Source: Octopus sinensis | Lineage: Eukaryota | Reading direction: 5' to 3' | Length of the DNA: 42,656 nt | NCBI RefSeq assembly: GCF_006345805.1 | Contig: NW_021835088.1 | Coordinates: forward strand, 1 to 42,656 | In this document: piece by piece, positions 1 through 10,510 of the stretch | Numbering within the stretch: position 1 is the stretch's first letter | How the letters are laid out: every line of letters starts with the position of its first letter | Made by a program: the position numbers and the translations under genes | Notes under the pieces: generated by a model | Told to the model about the DNA's origin: nothing | The model's database searches: none | The model's input: the letters and a program-made list of their open reading frames with translations, nothing else

Positions 1-49
1 ACACACACATAAACTACACACACACACACACATATATATATAACATAAT

Positions 50-268
50 CACGTGATCGACCAGAGAATCGGATACTGTTATACATCGCTGGTCACAATG
101 CACTTCGCATTGTTTTAGCTTCCGAATGGTGCCACCCCGCAAGCTAGGCAAGCAGATCATAAGGCTTGTCTCTCTCACAGCCGAGTGACCTGGAGCAGCG
201 TGAAATGAAGTGTTTTGCTCAAGAGCACAATGCGCCACCCGGTCCTAGAATCGAACTCACAATTGCTA
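50..268 (-). mobile_element. tRNA-derived SINE (family D, 5'-truncated)
   Basis: The minus strand reads a B-box (GAGTTCGATTC) followed by GCATTGTGCTCTTGAGCAAAACACTTCATTTCACGCTGCTCCAG. The same body recurs at about 8800, 13750, 31380 and 37950. Confidence 0.8.
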
Positions 269-368
269 GATATTGTGTATCACTAGGGCAATCGCCTTTA
301 CATATACGATATAATATAATATAAGATATATAGATATACGTATATATATATATATGAACCATAAATTA

Positions 369-790
369 ATAAATAAGGATGCAAAATATCGTCTACAATT
401 GCTAGAAATGAGAGCTAAAACTATAACTCGAACAGCCACACAAAATCACTAACCTCATGAGATAGTCAGGGACTGCGAATGGGAAGCAAGCTATCTCTTT
501 AACCCGGAGCAAATTGTGGAAACCCCTGACGAGAAACAAGACTACTTGGTTAAACTTCGAAATCGCGTGATAGGGTTTTATCAAACAACTTCATTCTGTG
601 TGTTTATCCGCTGAAGAAAGCTGTGGCTTGCTGCACGCAGTCCCTGAACATCTCATGAGGTTGGTGATTTTGTGTGGATATTCGAGTTATAGATTTTAGC
701 CCTTATTTCTAGCAATTGCAGGTGTTATTTTGCACCTATATTTATGAAGCTTTCCTTTGTGGTTTTAATTGCCATAACCACCTATATTAT
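369..790 (+). mobile_element. Non-coding foldback element (109-bp inverted arms) with an internal hammerhead; PLE/retrozyme-like
   Basis: 369-477 is the reverse complement of 636-745 (about 85% by eye). (TA)n tracts flank both sides. A hammerhead lies in the spacer. Confidence 0.7.
520..578 (+). ncRNA. Type I hammerhead ribozyme (complete fold)
   Basis: Stem I AAACCC/GGGTTT; core CTGACGA 526-532; stem II GAA/TTC with inner CAAG/CTTG; GAAA 559-562; stem III ATCG-CG-TGAT; cleavage triplet AUA after 572. Confidence 0.75.
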
Positions 791-844
791 AATGTATTTA
801 TATATCATAATATATTTATATACTATTATAATATCTTATTGTAT

Positions 845-876
<32 letters not shown>

Positions 877-923
877 ATATATATATATATATATTATATA
901 TATATATAATATATAATATATAT

Positions 924-962
<39 letters not shown>
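790..962. repeat. (TA)n microsatellite tract
   Basis: Direct inspection. Confidence 0.95.
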
Positions 963-966
<4 letters not shown>

Positions 967-1160
967 GGAAATGGAATTTAATTAGAATTAAAAACATTCA
1001 ATTAAAATTTACATTTCCGGTGGTCTAACGCGTAAACAAATTTTAGTCAAAAAGACTATATATTAGTCATACGATATAGTGTATACTTAAACACATAGAG
1101 AATCCATTTATAGGGATTCTACGCATTAGAAAGAACAGCTAAGTTCTATGACCACAAAAA

Positions 1161-1251
1161 CTAGGTTGGACCTGCTGAAGAAAATCAAGCCTTGTGAGTT
1201 CTTCATGACTCGCTAAAAGATGATCAGAAACCAATTGGTCGAGGAAACTAG
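1161..1251 (+). ncRNA. Degenerate type I hammerhead (copy 1)
   Basis: CTGAAGA 1175-1181, GAAA 1227-1230, palindromic stem III ACCAATTGGT, GUC after 1240. The base of stem II and the first pair of stem I are mismatched. Confidence 0.45.
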
Positions 1252-1644
1252 ATGGTAAATGTTTTTCATTTCCAAATTTATTCCTGTCGAATTTCGCCCG
1301 AATTTTTTGTGGTCATAGAACTTAGCTGTTCTTTCTAATGCGTAGAATCCCTATACGTGGATTCTCTATGTGTTTAAATATACACTATATCGTATGACTA
1401 ATATATAGTCTTTTTGACTAAAATTTGTTTACGCGTTAGACCACCGGAAATGTAATTATAATTAAATTCCAATTTCCTTTGATATGATTAAATACTGTAA
1501 GTTTTTGGTTAATTTTCGGTTAATAAGTTTGGCGGTTTTATTGTAGCCAACGAAGGACTGCGTCTGCGCAGTAAATTTAAAAAGTTAGCTCGTATAAACA
1601 CGAGGCAGGTAGCCTTGTTCTGTCTCGTGTGGATATGTTTAGCA

Positions 1645-1735
1645 CTAGGTTGGACCTGCTGAAGGAAATCAAACCTTGTGAGTTCTTCATGACTCGCTAA
1701 AAGGTGATCAGAAACCAATTGGTCGAGGAAACTAG
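1645..1735 (+). ncRNA. Degenerate type I hammerhead (copy 2)
   Basis: Same as copy 1, but the core reads CTGAAGG (A9 to G). GAAACCAATTGGTC at 1711-1724. Confidence 0.35.
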
Positions 1736-1866
1736 ATGGTAAGTGTATTTCATTTCCTAATTTATTCCTGTCGAATTTTGTCCCGAATTTTTTGTGGTCA
1801 TAGAACTTAGCTGTTCTTTCTAATGCGTGGAATCCCTATAAGTGGATTCTCTATGTGTTTATATAC

Positions 1867-1898
<32 letters not shown>

Positions 1899-1903
1899 TT
1901 ATA

Positions 1904-2511
1904 CAGGGTGACCCAAAAGTAGGTTTACAGTAATCACGTAGGCACTTTAAATAACTTTTAAAACATTTTATTACATTTAAATTTCTATCTTACAAACTGA
2001 AAAGGGAGCTGGAGAAAATTAACACAGAATAAAGGTTTCATATCTCTCTATATATAAACGGCAGTTTGTCTGTCTGTGTGTCTGTGTGTCTGTCAGGTTG
2101 TACCCTCACCCTGACCACGGCTTTCAACCGATTCTGATGAAACTTGACACACACATAGCCCAATGTCATAATTCAAAACTAACGCAGCGAAAATTTTGAA
2201 AAGTTCCCCCAGTTCTGAAAAAAATCGATAAATTCGACATGGGGTCGAGAATCAGAAACACAAACCACAGACTGTCTAGGGGACGCAACTCCACCTTTTT
2301 CAACTCTCAAAAAAAATTTACCATAATTTTGTTTCCATTTTTTTGCTATTTTTTGGCTATAACTCTCTAAAAATGCTTTATAGTTATTTCCCTTACAAAC
2401 CCGAGCAACGCCGGGCGATACTGCTAGTTTTTTATAAGATTTAAACTGTTCATGTATGAACGTGAAAGAGATAGTTGAATAACTGTAAACCTGCATTTGG
2501 GCCACCCTCTG
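1904..2511. mobile_element. Tc1/mariner-type MITE interrupted by a Helitron
   Basis: TA|CAGGGTGACCCAAAAGTAGGTTTACAGT at the left end and ACTGTAAACCTGCATTTGGGCCACCCTCTG|TA at the right end: imperfect TIRs with TA target duplication. Confidence 0.75.
2043..2427 (+). mobile_element. Non-autonomous Helitron
   Basis: Starts A|TCTCTCTATATATAAA, ends with hairpin CCCGAGCAACGCCGGG then CTAG|T. It sits in an AT dinucleotide without a target duplication and has an internal (TGTC/TG)n tract. Confidence 0.85.
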
Positions 2512-2591
2512 TATACAGATATATACAACCGCACACACACGCACACATATACATGTGTGTGTGTGGTTGTGTGTGTGTGTGTGTGTGTGCA

Positions 2592-2690
2592 CGAAGGGGG
2601 GTGCTGAAAAGTTCCTGGCTTTGAGTAAAAGAAAATACAGGAGCATCAGTTAATTGTGATTATATTCAACGTATTTCCTTTTCTCGATTT
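2592..2690 (+). mobile_element. Mariner-like terminal fragment
   Basis: CGAAGGGGGGTGCTGAAAAGTTCCTGGCTTT resembles a mariner TIR. No partner TIR was seen. Confidence 0.45.
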
Positions 2691-2877
2691 ATATGGTAGC
2701 TAGTTTATTTATTTTTACATTTTAGTGTTAGTTAAAATCAATTATGTTAGCAGTTTTGTTTTAATTTAAATATTGGGGGATAAGCTTCATATATTGATTG
2801 CGAGAGGTTGTTTAGTATTAAAAATGGCTGATCTGTGAATTTACAAATTTTTGTGTAATACAGGAATACATTTATGT

Positions 2878-2902
2878 ATCATCATCATCATCAGACTCGT
2901 TT

Positions 2903-2936
<34 letters not shown>

Positions 2937-3095
2937 GTGGTGGTGGTAGTAGTGGTGGTGGTGGTGGTGGTGCTGGTGGTGCTGGTGGTTGTGGTGGTGG
3001 TTGTGGTGGTGGTTGTGGTGGTGGTGGTAGTAATAGTAGTAATGGTGGTGGTGGTGGTTTGGTTCACAGTAGTAGTGGTGGTTGTGTCGTTGTTG

Positions 3096-3127
<32 letters not shown>

Positions 3128-3215
3128 AGTAGAGATTGTTGTTATTGTTGACGTTGTTGACGTGTTTGTAGTAATATTTTGCTGCTGTTGTTGTTGGTGT
3201 TGTTGTCATTGCTGT
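2878..3215. repeat. Compound trinucleotide microsatellite (CAT/TAG/GGT/GTT)n
   Basis: Direct inspection. It explains the poly-V, poly-G and poly-H ORFs. Confidence 0.95.
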
Positions 3216-3502
3216 TGTCTACCAAATCTACTCACAAGACTTGGCCAAGATGCCACGCAGTAGGACTGAACCAGGAACCATGTGAGTAATACTGACAGTG
3301 ACTTCGAATGTTCGACCAGCTAAGCCATGATCGGACATAGAGAGAAAGTAAGAGGTGCTTAGCCGGCCGAAATTTTCGAAGTCACTATTAGAACTATTCT
3401 CAATAAAGTGTAATAAATTTGTACTCTAGAAAAATATGGAGTAATTTTTCATTCAACGTAAAACAGTTTTTATAATAAAAGCATTTATGTATGCATATAT
3501 AT

Positions 3503-4052
3503 GGAGTGGCTGTGTGGTAAGTAGCTTGCTTACCGATCACATGGCTCCAGGTTCAGTCCGACTGCGTGGCACCTTGGACAAGTGTCTTTTGTTATAGCCT
3601 CGTGCCGATCAAAGCCTTGTGAGTGGAATTGGTAGACAGAAACTGAAAGCTACTACACACATTTTTTCTCTCCCTTTTTTTCTGTGTATCTTTCTGTAGA
3701 AGAGCGTAGGCTCGAAACGTAAAAGACTTTTTCTATTCCTGAGCGCTATACTAATACACTTGTTTGTTTGTACACCATCTGCCTTCGTCTTTTGCTTATT
3801 TTCGTAAACTTTCCCTTTATATATATATACGTGTGTGTGTGTGTGTGCTTGTGTGTCTGTGTTTGTCCCTCCCCCTAACATCGCTTGACAACTGATGGTG
3901 GTGTGTTTACGGTCCACGTAACGTAGCGGTTCGGCAAACGAGGCCGGTAAAATAAGTAGTAGGCTTACAATGAATAAGTCCTGAGTTCGATTTGCTCCAC
4001 TAAAGGTAGTGCCCCAGCATGGCTGCAGTCAAATGACTGAAACAAGTATAAG
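3503..4052 (+). mobile_element. Composite SINE: tRNA-like head (family A), microsatellite, conserved 3' module (family C)
   Basis: Head GTGGCTGTGTGGTAAGTAGCTTGC...GGTTCAGTCC...GGTAGACAGAAACTGAAAG, then (TA/TG)n, then ...CAGCATGGCTGCAGTCAAATGACTGAAACAAG. The same order occurs at 11529-11992 and 19070-19508. Confidence 0.75.
3689..3726 (+). ncRNA. Minimal type I hammerhead-like motif with one core substitution
   Basis: TCTTT-CTGTAGA-A-GAGC(GTAG)GCTC-GAAA-CG-TA-AAAGA. All three stems pair, but A6 is T. Confidence 0.55.
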
Positions 4053-4389
4053 GTAATATATATATATTCATATATATATGTACATATATATGTACATATA
4101 TATGTACATATATATTCATATATATATATGTACATATATATGTATATATACATACATATATATGTGTGTGTATTTATATATATATATGCACACACATATA
4201 TATATATATATTGTATACATATATATATACGTACAATATATATATATATATATATGTTGATTCACACTGCACGCATTTTTTTCTCTCCTTCTTTCGTGTT
4301 TTCTCTCTCTGTGTATACTAGGCTAAATAAAGACTTGTAATATATTAGCGCCATATATACAATGTTCGTTGTTTATGCTATCTATATAA

Positions 4390-4436
<47 letters not shown>

Positions 4437-5186
4437 CATACATATGTATACACGCGCGCGCGCGCAAGCATATATATACAGAGATAAAGAGTGAGTGAGA
4501 GGAAGAAATGAAGAAGAGAAAGTAAGACATCAAGTGAGTGAGTGAGTGAGTGAGTGAGAGAGAAAGAGTGAAAGTGAGATGGAAAGACCTTAAACAGTTG
4601 AATGAAATAGTGACATATGTTACGGTGGACTGTGCCAAATTTTTGGCACAGTCTGTAATTAGATTCTTAGAGAAGTCTTTGTTTGAAGGAGGCGGGACCA
4701 GGCCAAGGCGGGACAGGACCCCCAGAAACTGTGCAGTGACTTGGGGGGAATTATAAAGAAAATAGAAGAAAAGAGTTTAAAAAAAAAGAAAACAAGGGGC
4801 AAGAGAAAGGGGGAGGACAAGAAAGGATTGTTTAAAAGAGGGGAGAATGAGTAGCAGGGAGAGAAGGATTTGAGGTTGTTTAAGAAAGAGAGAAAAGTTG
4901 GCGGGATGAGTGTTACGAATGATAGGAACATAGGGAATAGAGAGGAACGGGAGGAGGAGGAGGAGGAGGGGGAGGAGTGGGAGTGAGAGAAAGATTAGAT
5001 AGAGAAGAAAAGGAGATAGTGGGAGGAAGATTAAGTGAGGGAGGTTAGAAGAAGATGAAGGAGATGGGGAGATCGAGGATTGTTGAAGGGGTGAGGGAAT
5101 AAATGTGTGTATGGTTGAATAGAAAATGACGTAGAGACGTAGAGACGTGTATGTGCGTATGTATGTATATATATATATACACACCA

Positions 5187-5236
<50 letters not shown>

Positions 5237-6214
5237 CATATATCTATATCTATATATATAATAGATATACATATACATATACACACATATATATATATTA
5301 TATATATGCACACATATATACCTATATTTGTATATATATATGTGTAATATATACATGTATATATATATATATATATTATATATATATATATATATATATT
5401 ATATGTTGTTGGATAGATAGATAAGATAGAGAGAGAGAGAGAGAGAGGAGAGCTGAGAGAGAGGTGGTGTAGTATGAAGATAGATTGGTAGGACTTAGCG
5501 AGAAAAAGGAAGAAGAATGAAGTTTGCAGAAAGATTGGTTAGAAAGAGGAATAGGGAGAGAGGTTGCATGAAGATGGGTGAGATGTGTATAAGCTCAGAG
5601 AGAGAGAGAGAGAGAGGGTGGAAGGGTGAATGAAGACTAGACGGGTCGGATAGGGTAGGGGGGACTTTAAGGAAGAAGAGAAGAAGAGAAGGAAGGGGGA
5701 AGAAGAGAAGAAGGAAGAAGAGAAGAAGGAAGAAGAGAAGAAGAAAGAGACGAGAATATTAAAAAAAATTGTGATGAAAGTCGCTTCCAAAATTTCTTCT
5801 CTCTTACCCCCCCTCTCTCTCTCTCTTGCTCCTCATCTCTCTTACTCTCTCTCTCTCTCTATTTCTTTCTACACTGCAACCATCTCTACTAACACCACTC
5901 GAACTCTACAACCAGTACCACCACCGCCACCACCACCACCACCACTACCACCATTTTTCCCTAGCACACTATCACCAGCGTCACAACTACCACCACCCCC
6001 AACCATCACACCACCACCACCACTATCACCACCACTGCTACTACAACTTGTACTACCACATCCACATCTACTACTAACGCCACCACCGCCACCATCTCAC
6101 CACCACCACCACCGCCACCATTAATACTTGCATCATTACCAACTAATTTAACCTTACACTCCGCCCACCATACAGCCTACAATAGAACTATACCTCTGAC
6201 TTATCCCTCCACTT

Positions 6215-6247
<33 letters not shown>

Positions 6248-6640
6248 CCTTTTCTGTCCCTGCCGGTAAGAACGTGGGCCAACACCACTGAAACCAGCGG
6301 CCATACAAATGAATGCGTAAATACTTAAGAATTAGGGAGGTTCTCTTTCTCAGTGTATACGGGTGTGTGTGTGTGCGCACGTGTGTGTGTGTGGTGTGTG
6401 TGTGTGTGTGTGCCACGAGTCACAATTATCTACATATGTCAACTGTTTACCTTATCACACCAACCGACCTCAGAAGTCGAAATATGACAGCTGGATTAAT
6501 TACCCTCACGGCTTCTATTATATTTATCGAAATACTTTAATATGCGCATATGTGTGTATTTATACACACACACACACAAACACATGTATATATATATATA
6601 CATATACGCACGCATTTAATATATGTATATACATATATAT

Positions 6641-6978
6641 TCTTTTCTACTATAGGCACAAGGCCCGAAATTTTGGGGGAGGGGGGCAGTCGATTAATTT
6701 ATCGACCCCGAAAGGATAAAATGCAAAGTCGACCTCGGCGGTATTTGAACTCAGAATGTAAAGAGAGACAAAATACCGATAAACATTTATAAATATGTAT
6801 ATATATACATTCTTTTCTATTCTAGGCACAAGGCCTGAAATTTTAGGGGTGTGGGGCAGTCGATTAGATTGACCCCAGTACGCAATTGGTACTTAATTTA
6901 TCGACCCCGAAAGGATGAAAGGCAAAGTCGACTTCGATGGGATTTGAACTCTGAACGTAGACAGACGAAATATGCCTT
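6641..6978 (-). mobile_element. Two adjacent copies of SINE family B
   Basis: 6641-6790 and 6811-6978 both read GTTC(T/A)GAGTTCAAAT...GTCGACTTTGC...TTTCGGGGTCGATAAAT...CTTGTGCCTA on the minus strand. Confidence 0.85.
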
Positions 6979-6995
6979 ATATCTATGTATATATG

Positions 6996-7062
<67 letters not shown>

Positions 7063-7090
7063 CTACGTACATACATACGTCCGCACGTAC

Positions 7091-7129
<39 letters not shown>

Positions 7130-7132
<3 letters not shown>

Positions 7133-8398
7133 TAAAATGTTTTGATAGTGTACCAAAGAAAACATTTTAAGCAGATAACTTAGTGGGTTTAACATTTCAT
7201 TTTTTGACAAAACCTTGCTTGAAAATCTAAATCTCCTCTTTATTTTTCAGGTAAATAACGAACTGATTCAACAACAGAAAGTCATGGAACAGCAGACTCG
7301 CTCCGCTATTGTTATATTGGCGCGCGCCGGGCACAGTGCCAATAAAATTGTTAAGTTGGTGAAACTTCCAAATGCACTAGTTATCGTGTATAAGCAATTT
7401 ATAGAAGAGGGGAAAGATTGTTAGAAAAGAACACAAGTCTCAAAGTGATTCCAAGCGCAATGCAAAGTTTCTCGCTGGCCTCAAACGCTCGACTGAAGTC
7501 AACCCATCCACATCCACGACAACTCTTGCAAAGAAACACAATGTGTTCTTTGCCACGGTGTCCAGAGCTGAGTACAGGAACCCTGGCGTGCCTAGCTATA
7601 TTCAACGATGCCGTCGACTTCTAACAGCCAAGGTCAAAGCAATCAGAGCCGAGAGAGGCCCTAAGCTTATGTCATTCATCAAGCATCAAGTTGCAGGAAA
7701 AACTCTCGTGCTTGTGGATGAGAAGTTCACTGTGGACGCTGAGGTGAATTTTCGATTGATTGAATACAACTCTTCTGACGTCCCCACTGTGTTTGAGACT
7801 GAGAATACTGCCTCTGCGATGGTATTTGGAGCCGTGGCGAGTGAGGGAAGTGTCATGGATCCACACTTTATTGAGTCTAACTTCAAGATCGACAAAAAGA
7901 TGTATCCAGACATCCTGAAGAAATCTCTGTTACCTTGGATGGAGCAGAAGTTTGGGCTTGACAATGTGGTGCTTATCCGGGATTCTACACCATGCCATGG
8001 GCCAAAAGCAACACAGGCCTTCCTTGATGAGAAGATGCCATTTTTTGTGAGAGATAATATCTGGCCCAGTTATAGCTCAGATCTCAACCTTCTCAATTAC
8101 TTTTTATGGGGCATACTTCAAGCAAGGACCAGTGCTTCACCACCCTAGAGTGTCAACAGTTTGAAGACCTGCGTCGTGCGTGCGACACGCAAATTCAAAA
8201 AGGCGAAAGTTTCGGTAGCTGCAAAAAAATTTCGTTCTCATGTGGAGGCAGTAATTGCCCAAAAGGCGTCTATATTGATAAGTTTTTGTTGTAATAAATG
8301 TTACATTAAAATTATATCTGTCTACTACCATTATTTTAGTAATTATAACCAGTTTTATGCATCGTAAAATTGTCTCAATTTATTTTCAAGACCCTGTA
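7130..8398 (+). mobile_element. maT/DD37D Tc1-mariner DNA transposon, left end missing
   Basis: Transposase remnant plus a right terminus ...AATTTATTTTCAAGACCCTG|TA (8396-8398). No matching left TIR before the (TA)n at about 7090-7128. Confidence 0.85.
7284..8283 (+). pseudogene. DD37D (maT-family) transposase pseudogene
   Basis: HTH N-terminus MEQQTRSAIVILARAGHS..., frameshift near 7410, then VDEKF, AMVFGAVASEG, RDSTPCH and WPSYSSDLNLLNY. There are 37 residues between the second D and the third catalytic position (now N). Stop at 8146-8148. Confidence 0.9.
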
Positions 8399-8752
8399 GT
8401 TAAATTATACTAAGGAACAACCCCTTCCTTTCTTCTAACCAATCCTATCGTTATTATTTCCAATATACTATTTTGCACACTACCATAAAACGTCTTAATC
8501 TTCAACTCCAGAGTCACAAGCATTCTTAAGCGCCAAACGAAATATTCTTAAATGTGATAACGTATTCTACTTATTTTGCCTTTTTTCTACTTTACTTCAT
8601 TTCATTTCATTTCAATTCCTTAAGAAGTCTGAGGACTCTCTGTAATTTTCGTTCTGTTAGAATTAATACCCTCGTTTGTTGATTTTTAGATTTTTAACAC
8701 TGAAAATCCCTCCATGCATTCAAGGTTACCAACTAACCGTAATAAACAAGGT

Positions 8753-9038
8753 GAAGGCGTGTGGCTAAATGGTTATGGTATTCGGCTCACCGTCGTGATG
8801 TTGTGAGTTCAATTCTCAGGAAGATAGTTTATTTCACGTTGCTCCAGTTCACTCCACTGGAAAGAATGAACAGTACCTGTATTTGGAAGTCCCAACCGTG
8901 TCACATCTTGTGTCACGCTGAATTTCCCTGACAACTGCATTGTGTGTGGAGTACTCAGCCACTTGCAAGTTAATTTCACGAGCAGACATCCGTTGATCGG
9001 ATCAACTGGAACTCTCGTCGTCGTAACGGACGGAGTGC
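8753..9038 (+). mobile_element. Near full-length tRNA-derived SINE (family D)
   Basis: A-box TGGCTAAATGG, B-box GAGTTCAATTC, body TTTCACGTTGCTCCAG and tail CTCGTCGTCGTAACGGACGGAGTGC. Confidence 0.8.
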
Positions 9039-9116
9039 GAGTATTAAACAAGACTTCCCCAAGGGAGCGATTGAAGTTCGATCCTGTAAGAATTAAATCT
9101 CTGTTGTTACATTTGT

Positions 9117-9228
9117 CTAAGACCTTATTGGTATAGTTGGAAAATCCATTCGGTACCTGCACAAACAGCTGGAACCATTTCGGAAGGATGGCGACGATTT
9201 TATACCGCCTCTTCTGCCGTATTCTTCC
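9117..9228 (-). CDS. Putative terminal exon of an unidentified gene (..KEEYGRRGGIKSSPSFRNGSSCLCRYRMDFPTIPIRS*)
   Basis: Acceptor TTTTTAG at 9229-9235. The phase matches the upstream candidate exon across an 80-bp GT-AG intron, and the frame stays open to TAG at 9117. No homologue recognised. Confidence 0.35.
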
Positions 9229-9308
9229 CTAAAAATTCGAATAAACACCTTTGTTTTGATGTTTTAGATTTTAAACACTCCAAAAGGGAGATTTTACCTA
9301 GTAATTAC

Positions 9309-9458
9309 TTGTACAATCTGAGTTCATCCGCTACCATAGCATGTAAGAGACCTCTCGAGTCTGTGTCATTAGTATGCAAAACCGCTCCCATAGCGGTATT
9401 TCCGTCAGCCATCTTGTTGACATACACGGGCAGACGATAATTATCAGCAAAACGAACA
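9309..9458 (-). CDS. Putative 150-bp exon of an unidentified gene (VRFADNYRLPVYVNKMADGNTAMGAVLHTNDTDSRGLLHAMVADELRLYK)
   Basis: Acceptor TTTGTTTAG and donor AA|GTAATT. The exon is phase 2-2 and open in one frame, in non-repetitive sequence of higher complexity than its surroundings. Confidence 0.4.
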
Positions 9459-10086
9459 CTAAACAAATATATGAATGAATCGAGCCCCCTAGCTCCCACC
9501 GCCCCACCCCACAGCCGTTAACAACTACACCAGGCATTGCTGATGTTTGGACCCTAATGCCAGTTGTTCAATTTATAAGGTCGATTAAGTTCTTGTTTAT
9601 TGCGTATTAGATAAAACTTTGTCACCCATTGTCGGCCATTGTTGGGCTGTTTTAGATTTGACGAAGATTCATTGACGTAAACCAATGTAAAAATAGATCG
9701 AGTCTAGATTGGTTAGACTTGACATCATGAGCAGCCGGGCGCGTAATGTCCTAAACCACACTCACACACACACACACACACACACACGCTCACACACTCT
9801 CACATATACTCACATACATGAGCCCACATACACGCGCTTTCTTTCTCGTTATCTCTATCTACCTATGTATACTCTTTCGTAGTTCTGTATCTCTCTCGCC
9901 CTCCCCCTTTCTCTCTCTCTATCTATCTATCTACCACCCTATCAATCTATCTGTCTGTCTATTTACGTATCAGTTTGTCTATATTTCTTCCTTGTTAACT
10001 CTTTCTTTCTTTTCCTATCTACCTACTTTCTTTTCCTTCTTTCTTCGTTCCTAGTTCCTTCCCTCCCTCTCCCTCCCTCTCCCTCC

Positions 10087-10132
<46 letters not shown>

Positions 10133-10226
10133 GTCTATTCATTTATCTGTATATTTATCAGAAATATAGAAAGATAGAGAGAGAAATGGGGCAAGGAGGG
10201 AGAGAAAAGAGAGAGAACTACGAAGG

Positions 10227-10510
<284 letters not shown>

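Larger units (their letters stand above)
963..1860 (+). mobile_element. Non-coding element: 5' inverted arm plus about 1.45 tandem copies of a 484-bp unit, with degenerate hammerheads
   Basis: 1009-1160 is inverted relative to 1304-1455. 1160-1376 is directly repeated at 1644-1860. (TA)n lies on both sides. Confidence 0.75.

Noticed and set aside
2133-2145. CTGATGA in the Helitron; also CTGANGA at about 8627, 18308(-), 18734(-), 36243(-) and 40325
   Set aside because: No stem II/GAAA/stem III arrangement could be drawn, so these are treated as chance 7-mers.
2690-2870. AT-rich stretch considered as a possible mitochondrial insertion
   Set aside because: No recognisable mitochondrial gene translation or tRNA on either strand.
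8753-8830. tRNA-like sequences (also about 31400-31456, 37880-37950 and the SINE A/B heads)
   Set aside because: They have A/B boxes but no complete cloverleaf and continue into SINE bodies, so they are not tRNA genes.
8809-9228. Minus-strand frame with DLILTGSNFN, resembling the GDFN motif of LINE APE endonucleases
   Set aside because: The catalytic D is absent, no other APE motifs are present, and most of the ORF runs through a SINE.
9122-9440. Plus-strand open frames (DLIGIVGKSIRYLHKQLEPF... and DFKHSKREILPSNY...)
   Set aside because: There are acceptor-like sites but no good donors, and both frames run into stops. The minus-strand model has better paired splice signals. Not fully excluded.
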